Shown: positions 10,339-20,291 of the stretch, in pieces
Position numbering within the stretch: the stretch's first letter is position 1
Layout: each line of letters opens with the position of its first letter
DNA from: Blastocatellia bacterium
GTDB lineage: Bacteria > Acidobacteriota > Blastocatellia > UBA7656
Reading direction: 5' to 3'
Length of the DNA: 64,000 nucleotides
NCBI GenBank assembly: GCA_963765495.1
Contig: CAVXWP010000006.1
Location: 192,001 to 256,000 of the forward strand
Translations under genes and position numbers: made by a program
Notes under the pieces: model-generated
The model's input: only the letters and a program-made list of their open reading frames with translations
Database searches by the model: none
What the model was told of the DNA's origin: nothing

Positions 10339-11408
10339 CTGAACTGAGTTCTCAGAAGGAGGCTTTTGATTCTGATCTCATCCTCGCTTTGTATTTCAAG
10401 CTGCGCGGCATAGATTGGAACTTCGCCCAGTTTTAGGGCTTCGAGCCGCGCGGCATCCTTTTCAGTCGTGATTATGGCATCAACGCCTTCCTGAACTGCC
10501 GAAGCGAGGATGCTATTCACATCCTCTTGAGTGAATGCATGATGGTCGGCAAAGAAATGCTCACTTGCGATGCTCAACCCTAATTGCAAAAGGTCCTGAG
10601 AAAAAGCGCGCGGGTTGCCGATACCGCACATCACGGCTACGTTCCAGCCCGCAAACTGATCCGCATCATAAAGCTCGCCCGTTTCGAGATGGCGAAAATG
10701 CGTGATGGTTGAATAGGCATACATCACAGGCACCTTCTCTCCGCAGAAATATTTGATAATAGCGTTTGTCTGTCCCTGATCGAACGGACGGTCTGCGCGA
10801 GTGACGATTACGGCATCCGCTCGCCTGATTCCATAAAGCGGCTCGCGCAGGCGACCAAATGGGACCATCTCGAAGCTGCCAAAGGGATCGGTAGCATCAA
10901 TCAGCAGGATGTTCAGATCGCGCTCAAGCGCCAGATGCTGATAGGCATCATCGAGTATCAATACCTGAGAGCCGAATTCGGTTTGAGCAAGCATCCCGCT
11001 TTCGCGGCGATTTTTGTCTATTATTATGGGAACTTCGGGCAGAGCCCGGGCAAGCATCACAGGCTCATCTCCGAATGTAAGATAATCGAGCGCGCCTTGC
11101 TCGCCCTGATTCGGCCCTCTCGGGTTATTTAGCACAAGCCGCCCCCGTGTCTTGCGCCCGTATCCGCGTGTGAGAATCGCTACGTTGTAGCCTTCTTCCT
11201 TGAGGTAGCGAGCGATGTAGGCAACCATAGGCGTTTTGCCCGTTCCTCCGAGCGTGATGTTGCCGACGCTGATGACGGTCGCAGCAAGGCGTTCTGACTT
11301 CAGGTAATTCGTTTCATAAGCCGCGACGCGCAAACGAACGCCAAGCTCATAGAGCCGGGCAGGCAGCCACAGCAAAGCGCGCTTGAGCTTTTCCCGCTTT
11401 TCAATCAC
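10305..11408 (-). CDS. lpxK: Tetraacyldisaccharide 4'-kinase
   Basis: SVGNITLGGTGKTP, TRGYG, GDEP, LDDAYQH, GRLREP, TTEKD. Probable GTG start at 11408 with GGAG RBS, overlapping the waaA stop. Confidence 0.95.
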   Translation of the reverse strand: MIEKREKLKRALLWLPARLYELGVRLRVAAYETNYLKSERLAATVISVGNITLGGTGKTPMVAYIARYLKEEGYNVAILTRGYGRKTRGRLVLNNPRGPNQGEQGALDYLTFGDEPVMLARALPEVPIIIDKNRRESGMLAQTEFGSQVLILDDAYQHLALERDLNILLIDATDPFGSFEMVPFGRLREPLYGIRRADAVIVTRADRPFDQGQTNAIIKYFCGEKVPVMYAYSTITHFRHLETGELYDADQFAGWNVAVMCGIGNPRAFSQDLLQLGLSIASEHFFADHHAFTQEDVNSILASAVQEGVDAIITTEKDAARLEALKLGEVPIYAAQLEIQSEDEIRIKSLLLRTQFRGAGGRGPGAG

Positions 11409-12858
11409 AGGGTCGCTCCGAATCAATCGAACCGTAAATGCTCGTATCGAGCGCCCTTTTTATTGCGACAACACTACAACGGGTCGCTCCTCGATTCTGC
11501 GTCAAAAGCCTTTGCGCCCGCGCCCCCATAGCCCGGGCCGCCTGCGCGTCCGACAATAGTCGGATGAGTTCGCGAGTCAATTCAACAGCCGGGTTGCCAT
11601 CCACATTGCTTGTTTGAACAAGAGCATCAGCGGATTTGAAATCTGAAACGATCTGGCGGAAGTTTTCCATGTAGGGGCCGACAATGATTGGTTTTGCGTA
11701 AACGGCAGGCTCGATTATATTGTGGCCGCCGCGCGGGACGAGGCTTCCGCCAATAAAGACTACGGAGGCGAAGCGATAAACTTCGGCAAGCTCTCCTATC
11801 GTATCGAGCAAGACGACCTCCGCAGATTCAAAGGCGCTCGCAGGAAAATCATCCGCGAATTGAGAGCGGCGGATAAAGTGAAACCCCGACTGAGCGATCA
11901 CCTCGGCAACCTCATCGAACCTTTCAGGATGGCGCGGAGCCAGCATCAGGCATACGTTTTCGAGCCCGGCGCTGCTGCGAATATCTCGAAGCGAGTCAAG
12001 CAATGTCTTCTCTTCACCCGGCGCGGTGCTGCCCGCGACGATCAGGGGGCCAGCTTCGCGGGGGCCGGGGGGTGATAATGTAGGCAGAGTTTCTGTGGCT
12101 TCCCGTGTTGACGCTACGCCCGGCAAGTCTGTACTCGCGCTATCTTTACCGGCCCCCGACACATGATCCCTGACTCTTGGCGAAGCCCCGGCCCCCGGCC
12201 CCCGGCCCCCGGCCCCTATATCGTATTTCAGATTTCCGCACACCAGAACGCTTTCAGGTCGAGCGCCAAGCTGTCGAGCGCGTTCGGCGTCGGCTTCCGA
12301 TTGCACGATCAGAAGCGTTATGTCTTCGAGCATACGCCCGACAAAGCGGCGGAATCTTTTGTAACCGGCAAAGGAGCGAGGCGAAATTCTTCCGTTGACT
12401 ATTGCCGTTATTACCTCTCGCCTGCGGCATTCGCGCAGAAAGTTGGGCCAGAGTTCCGTCTCAAGTATTATCACCGCCGCCGGACGGATGTGATCGAGCG
12501 CGCGGCGAACGGCGAATACCCAGTCGAATGGAAAATAGAAGACCGCATCGAATGAGTCGCTCCTGTGCGAAAGGGCAAGCTGCTGGCCGGTGAGTGTTGT
12601 TGTAGAGACGACTATCCTGCACCCGGGCATCTCTTGTCGCAGGCGCTCGATCAGCGGGCGGGCCGCGTTGAATTCGCCTACCGATACGGCGTGCACCCAG
12701 ATGGTTGGGCGATCATTTTCGCGCAAGGCTTCGGGCAGCAGGCCCAGCCTCTGTTTGAAACTCCCTGTATACTTGCCGTGCCTGACGGCTTGAAAGATGA
12801 GATAGGGTAACAGGAACAGAAAGAGCAGCGTGAGAGCCAGGCTGTATAGAAAGTACAT
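11401..12858 (-). CDS. waaA: 3-deoxy-D-manno-octulosonic acid (Kdo) transferase
   Basis: WVHAVSVGE, ETELWPN, NGRIS, GNLKYD, APRHPERF, DTIGEL, GGHNIIEP. Confidence 0.95.
   Translation of the reverse strand: MYFLYSLALTLLFLFLLPYLIFQAVRHGKYTGSFKQRLGLLPEALRENDRPTIWVHAVSVGEFNAARPLIERLRQEMPGCRIVVSTTTLTGQQLALSHRSDSFDAVFYFPFDWVFAVRRALDHIRPAAVIILETELWPNFLRECRRREVITAIVNGRISPRSFAGYKRFRRFVGRMLEDITLLIVQSEADAERARQLGARPESVLVCGNLKYDIGAGGRGPGAGASPRVRDHVSGAGKDSASTDLPGVASTREATETLPTLSPPGPREAGPLIVAGSTAPGEEKTLLDSLRDIRSSAGLENVCLMLAPRHPERFDEVAEVIAQSGFHFIRRSQFADDFPASAFESAEVVLLDTIGELAEVYRFASVVFIGGSLVPRGGHNIIEPAVYAKPIIVGPYMENFRQIVSDFKSADALVQTSNVDGNPAVELTRELIRLLSDAQAARAMGARAQRLLTQNRGATRCSVVAIKRALDTSIYGSIDSERPCD
12045..12217. 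repeat. Intragenic copy of the GGGGCCG/CCCCGGC heptamer palindrome, in frame within waaA
   Basis: Degenerate left arm GGGGGCCAG and GGGGGCCGGGGG (12045-12072). Right arm of about 4.5 GCCCCCG-type units (12185-12217). Encodes IGAGGRGPGAG...PPGPREAGP. Confidence 0.8.
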
Positions 12859-12879
12859 GGCCAGTGGTTGCCGGTTGCG

Positions 12880-12926
12880 GGTAGAGACGTGAAAAAGGCT
12901 CGACGGGCCTCTTTCACGTCTCTACC
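12880..12926. repeat. GTAG-type REP-like palindrome
   Basis: GGTAGAGACGTGAAA...TTTCACGTCTCTACC is a perfect 15-bp inverted repeat with an inner AGGC/GCCT stem, between efp and waaA. Confidence 0.7.
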
Positions 12927-12951
12927 AGTTTGCGCCGAAGTCCTCGGCGGC

Positions 12952-13509
12952 CTACTTCGCGCGCTCCAGATAAGTGCCCTTGGACGGGTCTACACGGATG
13001 CGGTCGCCTTCCTTTATGAAAGGAGGCACCTGCACGGTAACACCCGTTTCGAGAGTGGCAGGCTTTGGGCTGTTTGATGCGGTAGCGCCCTTCAATTCCG
13101 GTGTGGTCTCGACCACCGTAAGCTCGACGGAGGGCGGAAGCTCGACGCCTATTGGCGCGCCCTCGAAAAACTCGACCTTGATCTTTGTGCCCGCAACGAT
13201 ATAGCTGGTCGAATCTCCAAGTGATTCGGTATCAAGCGCGGTCTGCTCGAAAGTCTCCGTATTCATGAAATGATACAAATCGCCATCCGTATAGAGATAC
13301 TCCATCTCGTGTTCTTCGAGCATGGCACGCTCTATGTTTTCCGTAGAGCTGAAACGCACTTCGGTCGAAGAGCCGCTCTTGAGATTTCGAAGCTTGGCCT
13401 GCACAAAGGCGCGAAGATTGCCCGGCGTGCGGTGCTGGAAATCAAGCACGCGATGCGGCGCTTCGTTATAGATAATTATCATCCCGCGACGGATGTCATT
13501 GGCTTGCAT
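12952..13509 (-). CDS. efp: Elongation factor P
   Basis: 185 aa. [24 protein letters not shown]...[28 protein letters not shown]...YLER. Confidence 0.97.
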   Translation of the reverse strand: MQANDIRRGMIIIYNEAPHRVLDFQHRTPGNLRAFVQAKLRNLKSGSSTEVRFSSTENIERAMLEEHEMEYLYTDGDLYHFMNTETFEQTALDTESLGDSTSYIVAGTKIKVEFFEGAPIGVELPPSVELTVVETTPELKGATASNSPKPATLETGVTVQVPPFIKEGDRIRVDPSKGTYLERAK

Positions 13510-13638
13510 AATGATTCAATCCCCTTTTCAAAATATAGACTATCAGTAAAAAAATCGGCCATCGGGCCAACCCAGTAAAATACCGTATCCGGCTTGTAAG
13601 GCGCAAGGCCGTCGACTTGCAGTAAGAGTTCAGCAGTA

Positions 13639-13705
13639 GCCACAGAGGCGCAGAGGCACAGAGATAAGATTATAAAAAATCTCTGTGTCTTTGTGTCTCT
13701 GTGGC
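13639..13705. repeat. Inverted tandem-octamer palindrome (CACAGAGG)n...(CTCTGTGT)n
   Basis: 27-nt arms at 13639-13665 and 13679-13705 around a 13-nt A/T-rich loop. All 4 mismatches are G-T on the + strand. Confidence 0.9.
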
Positions 13706-13856
13706 AAATTTTCTTCCTTTCTGAACAGATACGACTTGCAGGCTCGTTTGTCATCTCGATGTTCCACTCGCGGCTGCTTTTCTTTTTTGGTTCTTTGAAT
13801 TATGATGCCACACGAACTTACCCACAAAAACGAGAGAAACGGACAGGGATAATTTT

Positions 13857-15554
13857 ATGTCCAAACAGGAAATCTACGATGCAATCATAGTCGGGTCGGG
13901 GGCCACGGGCGGGTGGGCCGCAAAGGAGCTGGCAGAAAAGGGGATGCGCGTGATCGTGCTCGAAGCGGGCCGCAAGCTCGATCCTGAGAAGGACTTTCGC
14001 GAGCATACCTGGCCCTACGAATTAAAATACCGCGACGCACTCGGGCGCGCGCTCTTGAGCAAGCGCCAGCCGATTCAATCGAAGTGCTACGCCTGTAACG
14101 AGTACGGCCATCACTTTTTCATAGACGACATGGATAACCCTTACACGACGCCCGAAGGAAAGCCCTTCGAATGGATACGAGGCCGTCAGGTCGGCGGTCG
14201 GACAATCATGTGGGGGCGGCAGGTCTATCGGCTGTCGGATTACGAATTGAAGGCGGCGAGCCACGATGGATACGGCGACGACTGGCCTATCTCTTATGCC
14301 GAGCTTGCGCCTTATTACGACCGGGTGGAATCGTTTATCGGCGTGAGCGGTTCTTATGAGAACCTGCCGCAACTTCCCGACGGGAAATTCCTGCCCGCGA
14401 TGAACATGACCTGCGGTGAGTGGCTGCTCAAAAACTCGGTTGAAAAGAGGTGGAAAGACCGCCGCGTTACGATAGGCCGCGCGGCGATTCTCACGCAGAA
14501 TCACAACGGGCGGGCCCGTTGTCATTATTGCGGCCACTGCGACCGGGGATGCACTACGTGGTCTTATTTCAGCAGCCCCGGTTCTACGCTTCCGGCGGCG
14601 GCAAAGACCGGCAAAATGACGCTCAGACCCAACACCGTAGCCTCCCACATCCTGATCGATACAAACACGGGCAAGGCCAATGGCGTGGCCGTCATCGATC
14701 AGATCACAAAGAAAGCCTCAGAGGTAATGGGTCGCGTCGTTGTGCTTTGCGCCTCGACTATCGAATCGACGCGGCTTATGCTAAACAGCGCCACACGCCA
14801 GCACCCTGCCGGTCTTGGCAATTCTTCGGATGTGCTGGGGCGCTATCTGATGGATCATATGTATGGAGTTTCAGTCGGCGGGCTTGTGCCGAGCGTAGCC
14901 AATTATCCTTACAACTACGACGACGGGCGGGCAAACGGCATCTACATCCCGAAATTCAGAAACATCACCGAGCGGCATCCGAAATTCATACGAGGATACG
15001 GCATACAGGGCGGCGTGCAGCGCGGAATGCTGCCGGCCACTATCGGGTCGATTCCGGGGTTCGGCTCGGAGTTTAAGCGGATGGTTCGTGATGAAAAGGC
15101 TCCCGCGCCTTTCCGAATGACGGCCTTTGGCGAGATGCTCGCGCGAAAAGAGAATCGCGTGACGATAAACAAAGATGTGAAAGACGCATGGGGCATTCCC
15201 GTCACCCACATCGAATGCACGCATTCGGATAACGAGCGCGAGATGGCGCGCGACCAGATTGAAACCCTCAAAGAGATGGCTCACGAAGCGGGGTTCGAAA
15301 CCATGTTTGCGAATACGATTTTGCGCCCGCCCGGACTCTGCATACACGAAATCGGGACCGCTCGCATGGGTGACGATCCGAAAACCTCGGTGCTCAACAA
15401 GTACAATCAAAGCTGGGATGTGAAGAACCTGTTTGTCACAGACGGAGCCGCCTTCGTATCCTCGGGCTGTCAAAATCCCACGCTCACAATGATGGCTCTC
15501 ACCGTTCGCGCCTGCGATTACCTCGCGGAAGAGTACAAAAAAGGCAACCTCTAA
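13857..15554 (+). CDS. GMC family oxidoreductase (FAD; gluconate-2-dehydrogenase/glycoside-3-dehydrogenase-like)
   Basis: GSGATGG Rossmann motif, [44 protein letters not shown]. Confidence 0.93.
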   Translation: MSKQEIYDAIIVGSGATGGWAAKELAEKGMRVIVLEAGRKLDPEKDFREHTWPYELKYRDALGRALLSKRQPIQSKCYACNEYGHHFFIDDMDNPYTTPEGKPFEWIRGRQVGGRTIMWGRQVYRLSDYELKAASHDGYGDDWPISYAELAPYYDRVESFIGVSGSYENLPQLPDGKFLPAMNMTCGEWLLKNSVEKRWKDRRVTIGRAAILTQNHNGRARCHYCGHCDRGCTTWSYFSSPGSTLPAAAKTGKMTLRPNTVASHILIDTNTGKANGVAVIDQITKKASEVMGRVVVLCASTIESTRLMLNSATRQHPAGLGNSSDVLGRYLMDHMYGVSVGGLVPSVANYPYNYDDGRANGIYIPKFRNITERHPKFIRGYGIQGGVQRGMLPATIGSIPGFGSEFKRMVRDEKAPAPFRMTAFGEMLARKENRVTINKDVKDAWGIPVTHIECTHSDNEREMARDQIETLKEMAHEAGFETMFANTILRPPGLCIHEIGTARMGDDPKTSVLNKYNQSWDVKNLFVTDGAAFVSSGCQNPTLTMMALTVRACDYLAEEYKKGNL

Positions 15555-15557
15555 ATA

Positions 15558-15672
15558 AGGGATGAGGGATGAAGGATGAAGGATGAAAAAGATTGTAGCG
15601 TGAAGCCTCGTTGAAAAGCGGCTTGCCGGTTATCGAGATAGTTCCTGACAGTCCTTTTCATCCCTCATCCCT
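15558..15672. repeat. Inverted tandem-heptamer palindrome (ARGGATG)n...(CATCCCT)n
   Basis: AGGGATG AGGGATG AAGGATG AAGGATG AAAA at 15558-15589. TTTTCATCCCTCATCCCT at 15655-15672. Confidence 0.85.
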
Positions 15673-15865
15673 CTCTTGTTCTTACCTGAAAGCAGGGCTA
15701 AAATAGCGCCAACGAACACCGGGTGGGTTAATTATCTTCGGGTATTCGCTCCACGCTGCGGTAAGAGAGCGGCCTCCAAAAGCCACCTCCCATCCTGCAG
15801 AACAGGCGGTTTTCAACCTTACTGAAATCGCCGGACTATCCTCAATAAAGTCAGGAGGTATTTGT

Positions 15866-18800
15866 ATGCGCGATTCAATCAAAAATCCTCGCGGACTTTT
15901 CCGTCTGCTAAACACGCGGAAAGGATCGAAACCATTTCGAGCCATAATGATTACGATCTTGATTTGCGCCTGCGTGGGCGGGTCGGCAACGCCCTGCTGC
16001 CTCGCCACGACCCTTGCGACGCAGACCTTTCGTGGCACGATCCTCGGAACGCTTACAGATTCGAGCGGCGCGGCGCTTTCCGATGTCGGTGTCACAGCCA
16101 GAAATGCGCAGACCGGCATCGAGCGCTCGACCACAACCGACGCGGACGGCAATTACAGCATACCTGAATTGCCTATAGGTATTTATGAAGTGACGTTTCA
16201 AAAATCAGGATTTCAAAATACTAAAGTGACCGAAGTAAAAGTAGAGATCGCAAGCGAGCGGCGCGTTGATGCCTCGCTACCGGCAGCGGGCGGAACCGAA
16301 AGCCTCGAAATCCGCGCCGATGCCATTCAGGTCGAAACGACTGACAATACTTTAGGCGGCACGATTCGAACTAAAGAGGTCGAAGACCTGCCGATCAACG
16401 GACGCGACTTTACAAAGTTTCTTGTGCTTGTTCCGGGCGCTACGGGCGATCCTTCGGGGGCTACGGATTCGCCCGGCTCCTTTGGTCTGTTCAGCGCAAA
16501 CGGCAATCGAGGCCGGTCGAACAACTACCTGCTCGACGGCACGGATATGAACGACGGCTACAGAAACCTGCCCGCCATAAACGAGGCCGGAGTCTTTGGC
16601 ACACCCGCTACTATACTGCCCGTGGAAGCCATAGCCGAAGCGGCAATACTTTCGAATTTTGAATCGGAGTATGGCCGCAATTCCGGCGCGGTCGTAAATA
16701 TAGTCACAAAATCGGGAACGAACGATATTCACGGCTCGGTCTTTGAATACTTTCGAAATAACGTGCTGGACGCCAGAAATTTTTTCAACCCCGAGCCGGA
16801 TTCCCAAACCGCTTTTCGAAATAACCAGTTCGGGCTGGCGCTCGGCGGACCCATCGTTCGAAACAAGACTTTCTGGTTTACGAGCTATGAAGGGCAGCGC
16901 GAGCGCGTGGGTTTGAATTCGGTTGCCCGCGTGCCTGACCCGCGCGAGATAGCCGCGCTTGGCGGGCCGAAAAACCCGGTCATCCGCGCGCTGCTTGACC
17001 GCAATCCGTGGCCCGCGCCTAACAGGCCCGTCCCGCTTTTTGATCCTTCCCCGAACCTGTTTGTTACCACCCCGGCCAGCAACGATGTCGATAGCTTTAT
17101 CGCCAAGATAGACCATTCGTTCAACGAGCAGAACCAGTTGACGGGTCGCTACTATTACGGCAACAGCGATCAATCATTCCCGCTTGCCATACTTGCCGGC
17201 AACGTCCTGCCCGGCTTCAATACGATCACGCCCACCCGCGTACAACTGGTTTCGCTTTCGTATCTGAAGGTTTTTTCGCCGACAAAGATCAACGAAGCCA
17301 GAGTCGGCTACAACCGATTTACGGAAAGCTTCTTTCCCGAAGACAGCGATTTCGACCCGCGCTCTATAGGGCTAAACACAGGCGTTCAGGGAGCGCAGGA
17401 TTTCGGTCTTCCCTTTATCCGCATCAGAAACGATCCCTTTCTTGGTTCGTCAATCGCCTCGCTCGGCTCCACGCTCTCGGTTCCACGCGGGCGCGTAGAT
17501 ACAAACTGGCATTTCATCGATAACTTCACCCGGAAATTCACGCGCCACGAATTCAAGCTCGGTTATGAATTCCGCCGCACCTTTGTAAACGGATTTTTCG
17601 ACGCCGGGTATCGCGGGCGGCTCGATTTCGCATCGCTTGAGGATTTCCTCGCGGGCGCGCTCGACGGGGGCCGCTCGGCTCAGGGCGATTCGCGGCGCGG
17701 AACCTCTCAAAACTCGCACGCCGCCTACCTGCAAGACAACTTCCGATGGAGCCGCACGCTGACCTTTAATCTCGGGCTTCGCTACGATTACTTTGGAGTG
17801 ATTGATGAAGAACGCGGAAGGTTCAGCAACTTCGACCCCGCGCGCGGGCTTGTCCTTGTTGGCGCGGGCGGCGCGAACCGCCTCTATGATCGCGACCTGA
17901 ACAATTTCTCTCCGCGAGTGGGTGTTGCCTGGGACTTGAACGGAAAAGGCAAAACGGTTGTGCGGGCCGGGTGGGGATTCTTTTATGATGCGTTTTCGCA
18001 GGATTTCTTTGTAGGCCAGCTTCCGTTCAACACCTTCAATCCCGGCCCTGCTTACAACCCCGTAGGCCCGGCCCCGGTCCTGTTTTCCTTCTCAACCGTG
18101 AGCACGATTCGACCCGGCGTGCCGATCTTTACAGATTATCTGGATTCGGATGTCTTCGCCGTAGACCGTCATCTGCGTACGCCGTATATTCAAAATTACA
18201 ACCTGAACATCCAGCGCGAACTGTCGAAGGACATAATCTTTCAGATTGGTTATGTAGGTTCACACGGGACGAAGCTTTTTCGTTATCGCGACATCAATCA
18301 GCCGCCGAACCCGTCTGTCTCCACGGCGCGGCCTTTCGATAACGGGCCGTTTGCGCCGTCGGGCGGGACCTTTTTTTATGTCAATCAGCTTGAGACCACG
18401 GCGAATTCCAATTACAACGCCTTGCAGACGAGCCTCTCTTTGCGCGAACGTCGCGGTTTCACTTCGACGATCAACTACACCTGGTCGCACTCGATAGACA
18501 ACGCATCGGACGGGCAGGATTACGTAGCCAACGCCACCCAGCCGGATAACAGCTTTCGCCCCGATCAGGAGAGAGCCAGTTCGAATTTCGACAATCGCCA
18601 GAGGCTTGTCTGGACCTTCGGTTATGATGTGCCGAACCTTTTGAAACACCATCCGAGGATAGGCGGCGGCTGGCAACTAAACGGCATAGCCACGCTCAGA
18701 AGCGGCAACCCGTTTCACGTAGTCTTGTTTGACGATTACAACGGCACGGGCGAATTCTTTCCGCGCCCCGATCTGGTTGGCGATCCATACTCAGGCACAC

Positions 18801-19228
18801 GCTCGCCGGATAACTTCCTCAACCTGTCGGCATTTCAGGTGCCGTGCACGCTCGACCCCTCGGGAGACGGCAGCGCCGCTTCCTGCATACCCGGCACGCA
18901 GCATTTCGGAAGCCTAGGGCGCAATTCGCTTGTCGGTCCCGATTATCGCAACTTCGATTTTTCGATAATCAAAACGACACCTCTGACCGAGCGAGTAAAG
19001 TTACAGCTTCGAGCCGAGGCCTTTAATCTTTTCAATCACCCGAATTTCTCGTCGCCGCTACTTCCGGGCTTTTCAGCTGATGCGAGTTTTAACGGGATCG
19101 ACCCTGTGACAGGGCGCGGCATAGGGTTTTTGCCGATCACCGTTACGCCCGATGTGGGTATTGGAAATCCGTTTCTGGGAGGTGGCGGGTCGCGCAATAT
19201 TCAACTCGCGGCCCGACTGACTTTCTGA
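15866..19228 (+). CDS. TonB-dependent receptor (Oar-like, N-terminal carboxypeptidase-regulatory domain)
   Basis: GTLTDSSGAAL, LPINGRDF, EYGRNSGAVVNIVTKSGTN, NNFSPRVG, C-terminal RNIQLAARLTF. RBS AGGAGG. Confidence 0.95.
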   Translation: MRDSIKNPRGLFRLLNTRKGSKPFRAIMITILICACVGGSATPCCLATTLATQTFRGTILGTLTDSSGAALSDVGVTARNAQTGIERSTTTDADGNYSIPELPIGIYEVTFQKSGFQNTKVTEVKVEIASERRVDASLPAAGGTESLEIRADAIQVETTDNTLGGTIRTKEVEDLPINGRDFTKFLVLVPGATGDPSGATDSPGSFGLFSANGNRGRSNNYLLDGTDMNDGYRNLPAINEAGVFGTPATILPVEAIAEAAILSNFESEYGRNSGAVVNIVTKSGTNDIHGSVFEYFRNNVLDARNFFNPEPDSQTAFRNNQFGLALGGPIVRNKTFWFTSYEGQRERVGLNSVARVPDPREIAALGGPKNPVIRALLDRNPWPAPNRPVPLFDPSPNLFVTTPASNDVDSFIAKIDHSFNEQNQLTGRYYYGNSDQSFPLAILAGNVLPGFNTITPTRVQLVSLSYLKVFSPTKINEARVGYNRFTESFFPEDSDFDPRSIGLNTGVQGAQDFGLPFIRIRNDPFLGSSIASLGSTLSVPRGRVDTNWHFIDNFTRKFTRHEFKLGYEFRRTFVNGFFDAGYRGRLDFASLEDFLAGALDGGRSAQGDSRRGTSQNSHAAYLQDNFRWSRTLTFNLGLRYDYFGVIDEERGRFSNFDPARGLVLVGAGGANRLYDRDLNNFSPRVGVAWDLNGKGKTVVRAGWGFFYDAFSQDFFVGQLPFNTFNPGPAYNPVGPAPVLFSFSTVSTIRPGVPIFTDYLDSDVFAVDRHLRTPYIQNYNLNIQRELSKDIIFQIGYVGSHGTKLFRYRDINQPPNPSVSTARPFDNGPFAPSGGTFFYVNQLETTANSNYNALQTSLSLRERRGFTSTINYTWSHSIDNASDGQDYVANATQPDNSFRPDQERASSNFDNRQRLVWTFGYDVPNLLKHHPRIGGGWQLNGIATLRSGNPFHVVLFDDYNGTGEFFPRPDLVGDPYSGTRSPDNFLNLSAFQVPCTLDPSGDGSAASCIPGTQHFGSLGRNSLVGPDYRNFDFSIIKTTPLTERVKLQLRAEAFNLFNHPNFSSPLLPGFSADASFNGIDPVTGRGIGFLPITVTPDVGIGNPFLGGGGSRNIQLAARLTF

Positions 19229-19345
19229 TGCGTGACGCGTGATGCGTGAAAAGATTTAGACAGGATTAACAGGATTAGATTGGACTTGACAAGATACTCT
19301 TTCTTGTCTGATCCTTTTGAATCCTGTCTACGAATCACGCTTCGC
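19226..19345. repeat. Nested palindromes: heptamer (TGATGCG)n outside, nonamer (ACAGGATTA)n...(AATCCTGTC) inside
   Basis: TGATGCG TGACGCG TGATGCG begins at the receptor's stop codon. TAGACAGGATTAACAGGATTAGA at 19257-19279 pairs with TCTGATCCTTTTGAATCCTGTCTA at 19307-19330. ATCACGC at 19334. Confidence 0.8.
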
Positions 19346-19425
19346 CTTGTCTCAACTTTTTTTGAATTGTTTTCGGGCCTCTTTGCGTCCAAACAGATAT
19401 AAAAATCTGCATGGAGGTAAAGCCG

Positions 19426-20181
19426 ATGAATCGTCCCGAAACTTTTTCAAAGGCAGTATGGCTGACAACGCTAATACTGGTTTTCGCGCGGCCCGGGTTT
19501 GCTCAATCGGGCCAGCCCGGTGAGCGAACCGTCCCGCGATTTACAAGGGCCGTCGTCGTTGATGACAGGCTCTCGGCGCTCAGAGAGGAAGCCGATCAGC
19601 AATCACCCGTTAAACAACGATTGCGGCTCGGTCGTAAGGTCTACATTTTCGGATCGAAGGGCGGCACACCCGTTTGGCCCCGGTTTTATCGCGTAGCGGT
19701 GACCAGACGCACTCGCGGGTGGGTGCATCATCAGGCCATAGCGGTGCCGGGCCGCAGAGGCGAAGATGAAAGGGTGATAAGATTGATCGAGGAGACGACA
19801 GATTCGCTTGATAAAATAGCGCTCTGCCGAATCTTTATGGAGCACTTCAATCATTCGCCGCTCGCTGCTCGCGCCTTGCTTCATCTGGCCGAAGAGAGCG
19901 ACCGGGCAGCCGATGCGCTCACGCGCCGGGCGCGCAAGCGGCTCGCCGATCTGAAGAAAGATGACACCGATGTCGATCTGCGCGATTTCTATCTCAACGA
20001 CCCGGGGCTGGATCGCTACAGCAAATTGCGCGTCAGGTTTGACTTCGAAGAAGCGACCGCCTCTTATGCCTATGACGGGCAGGCTTATCGCGACATCATA
20101 AGGCGATTTCCCGCAAGCGAAGAAGCCGCCCGCTCTCGCAAGCGGCTCATGAGGCAACATCAGCCCGCAAATGCGCCCTGA
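19426..20181 (+). CDS. Secreted hypothetical protein (SH3-like N-domain plus helical/TPR-like C-domain)
   Basis: RBS GGAGG, signal-like N-terminus, SALREEAD...LRLGRKV...RGWV, C-terminal YRDIIRRFPASEEA. Confidence 0.75.
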   Translation: MNRPETFSKAVWLTTLILVFARPGFAQSGQPGERTVPRFTRAVVVDDRLSALREEADQQSPVKQRLRLGRKVYIFGSKGGTPVWPRFYRVAVTRRTRGWVHHQAIAVPGRRGEDERVIRLIEETTDSLDKIALCRIFMEHFNHSPLAARALLHLAEESDRAADALTRRARKRLADLKKDDTDVDLRDFYLNDPGLDRYSKLRVRFDFEEATASYAYDGQAYRDIIRRFPASEEAARSRKRLMRQHQPANAP

Positions 20182-20291
20182 CGCTTGTGCATCTTGCAAA
20201 ACATGAGCGTTTCGGTTTAGATTTTTCGAGGTTGAGAATCCATAGCGCGGTAATGGACGAGCGCGCACACGATGACGGAGGAATAGAAAAA

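Noticed and set aside
13479-13890. Short ORFs between efp and the GMC gene
   Set aside because: Their sequences (HRDTKTQR, LCLCASVA) are translations of the octamer repeat, with no other coding signal.
15680-15865. Possible riboswitch upstream of the TonB-dependent receptor
   Set aside because: Some hairpins are present (GGCGGTTTTCA...TGAAATCGCC), but I could not recognise cobalamin, TPP or other conserved motifs. An Rfam cmscan would be needed.
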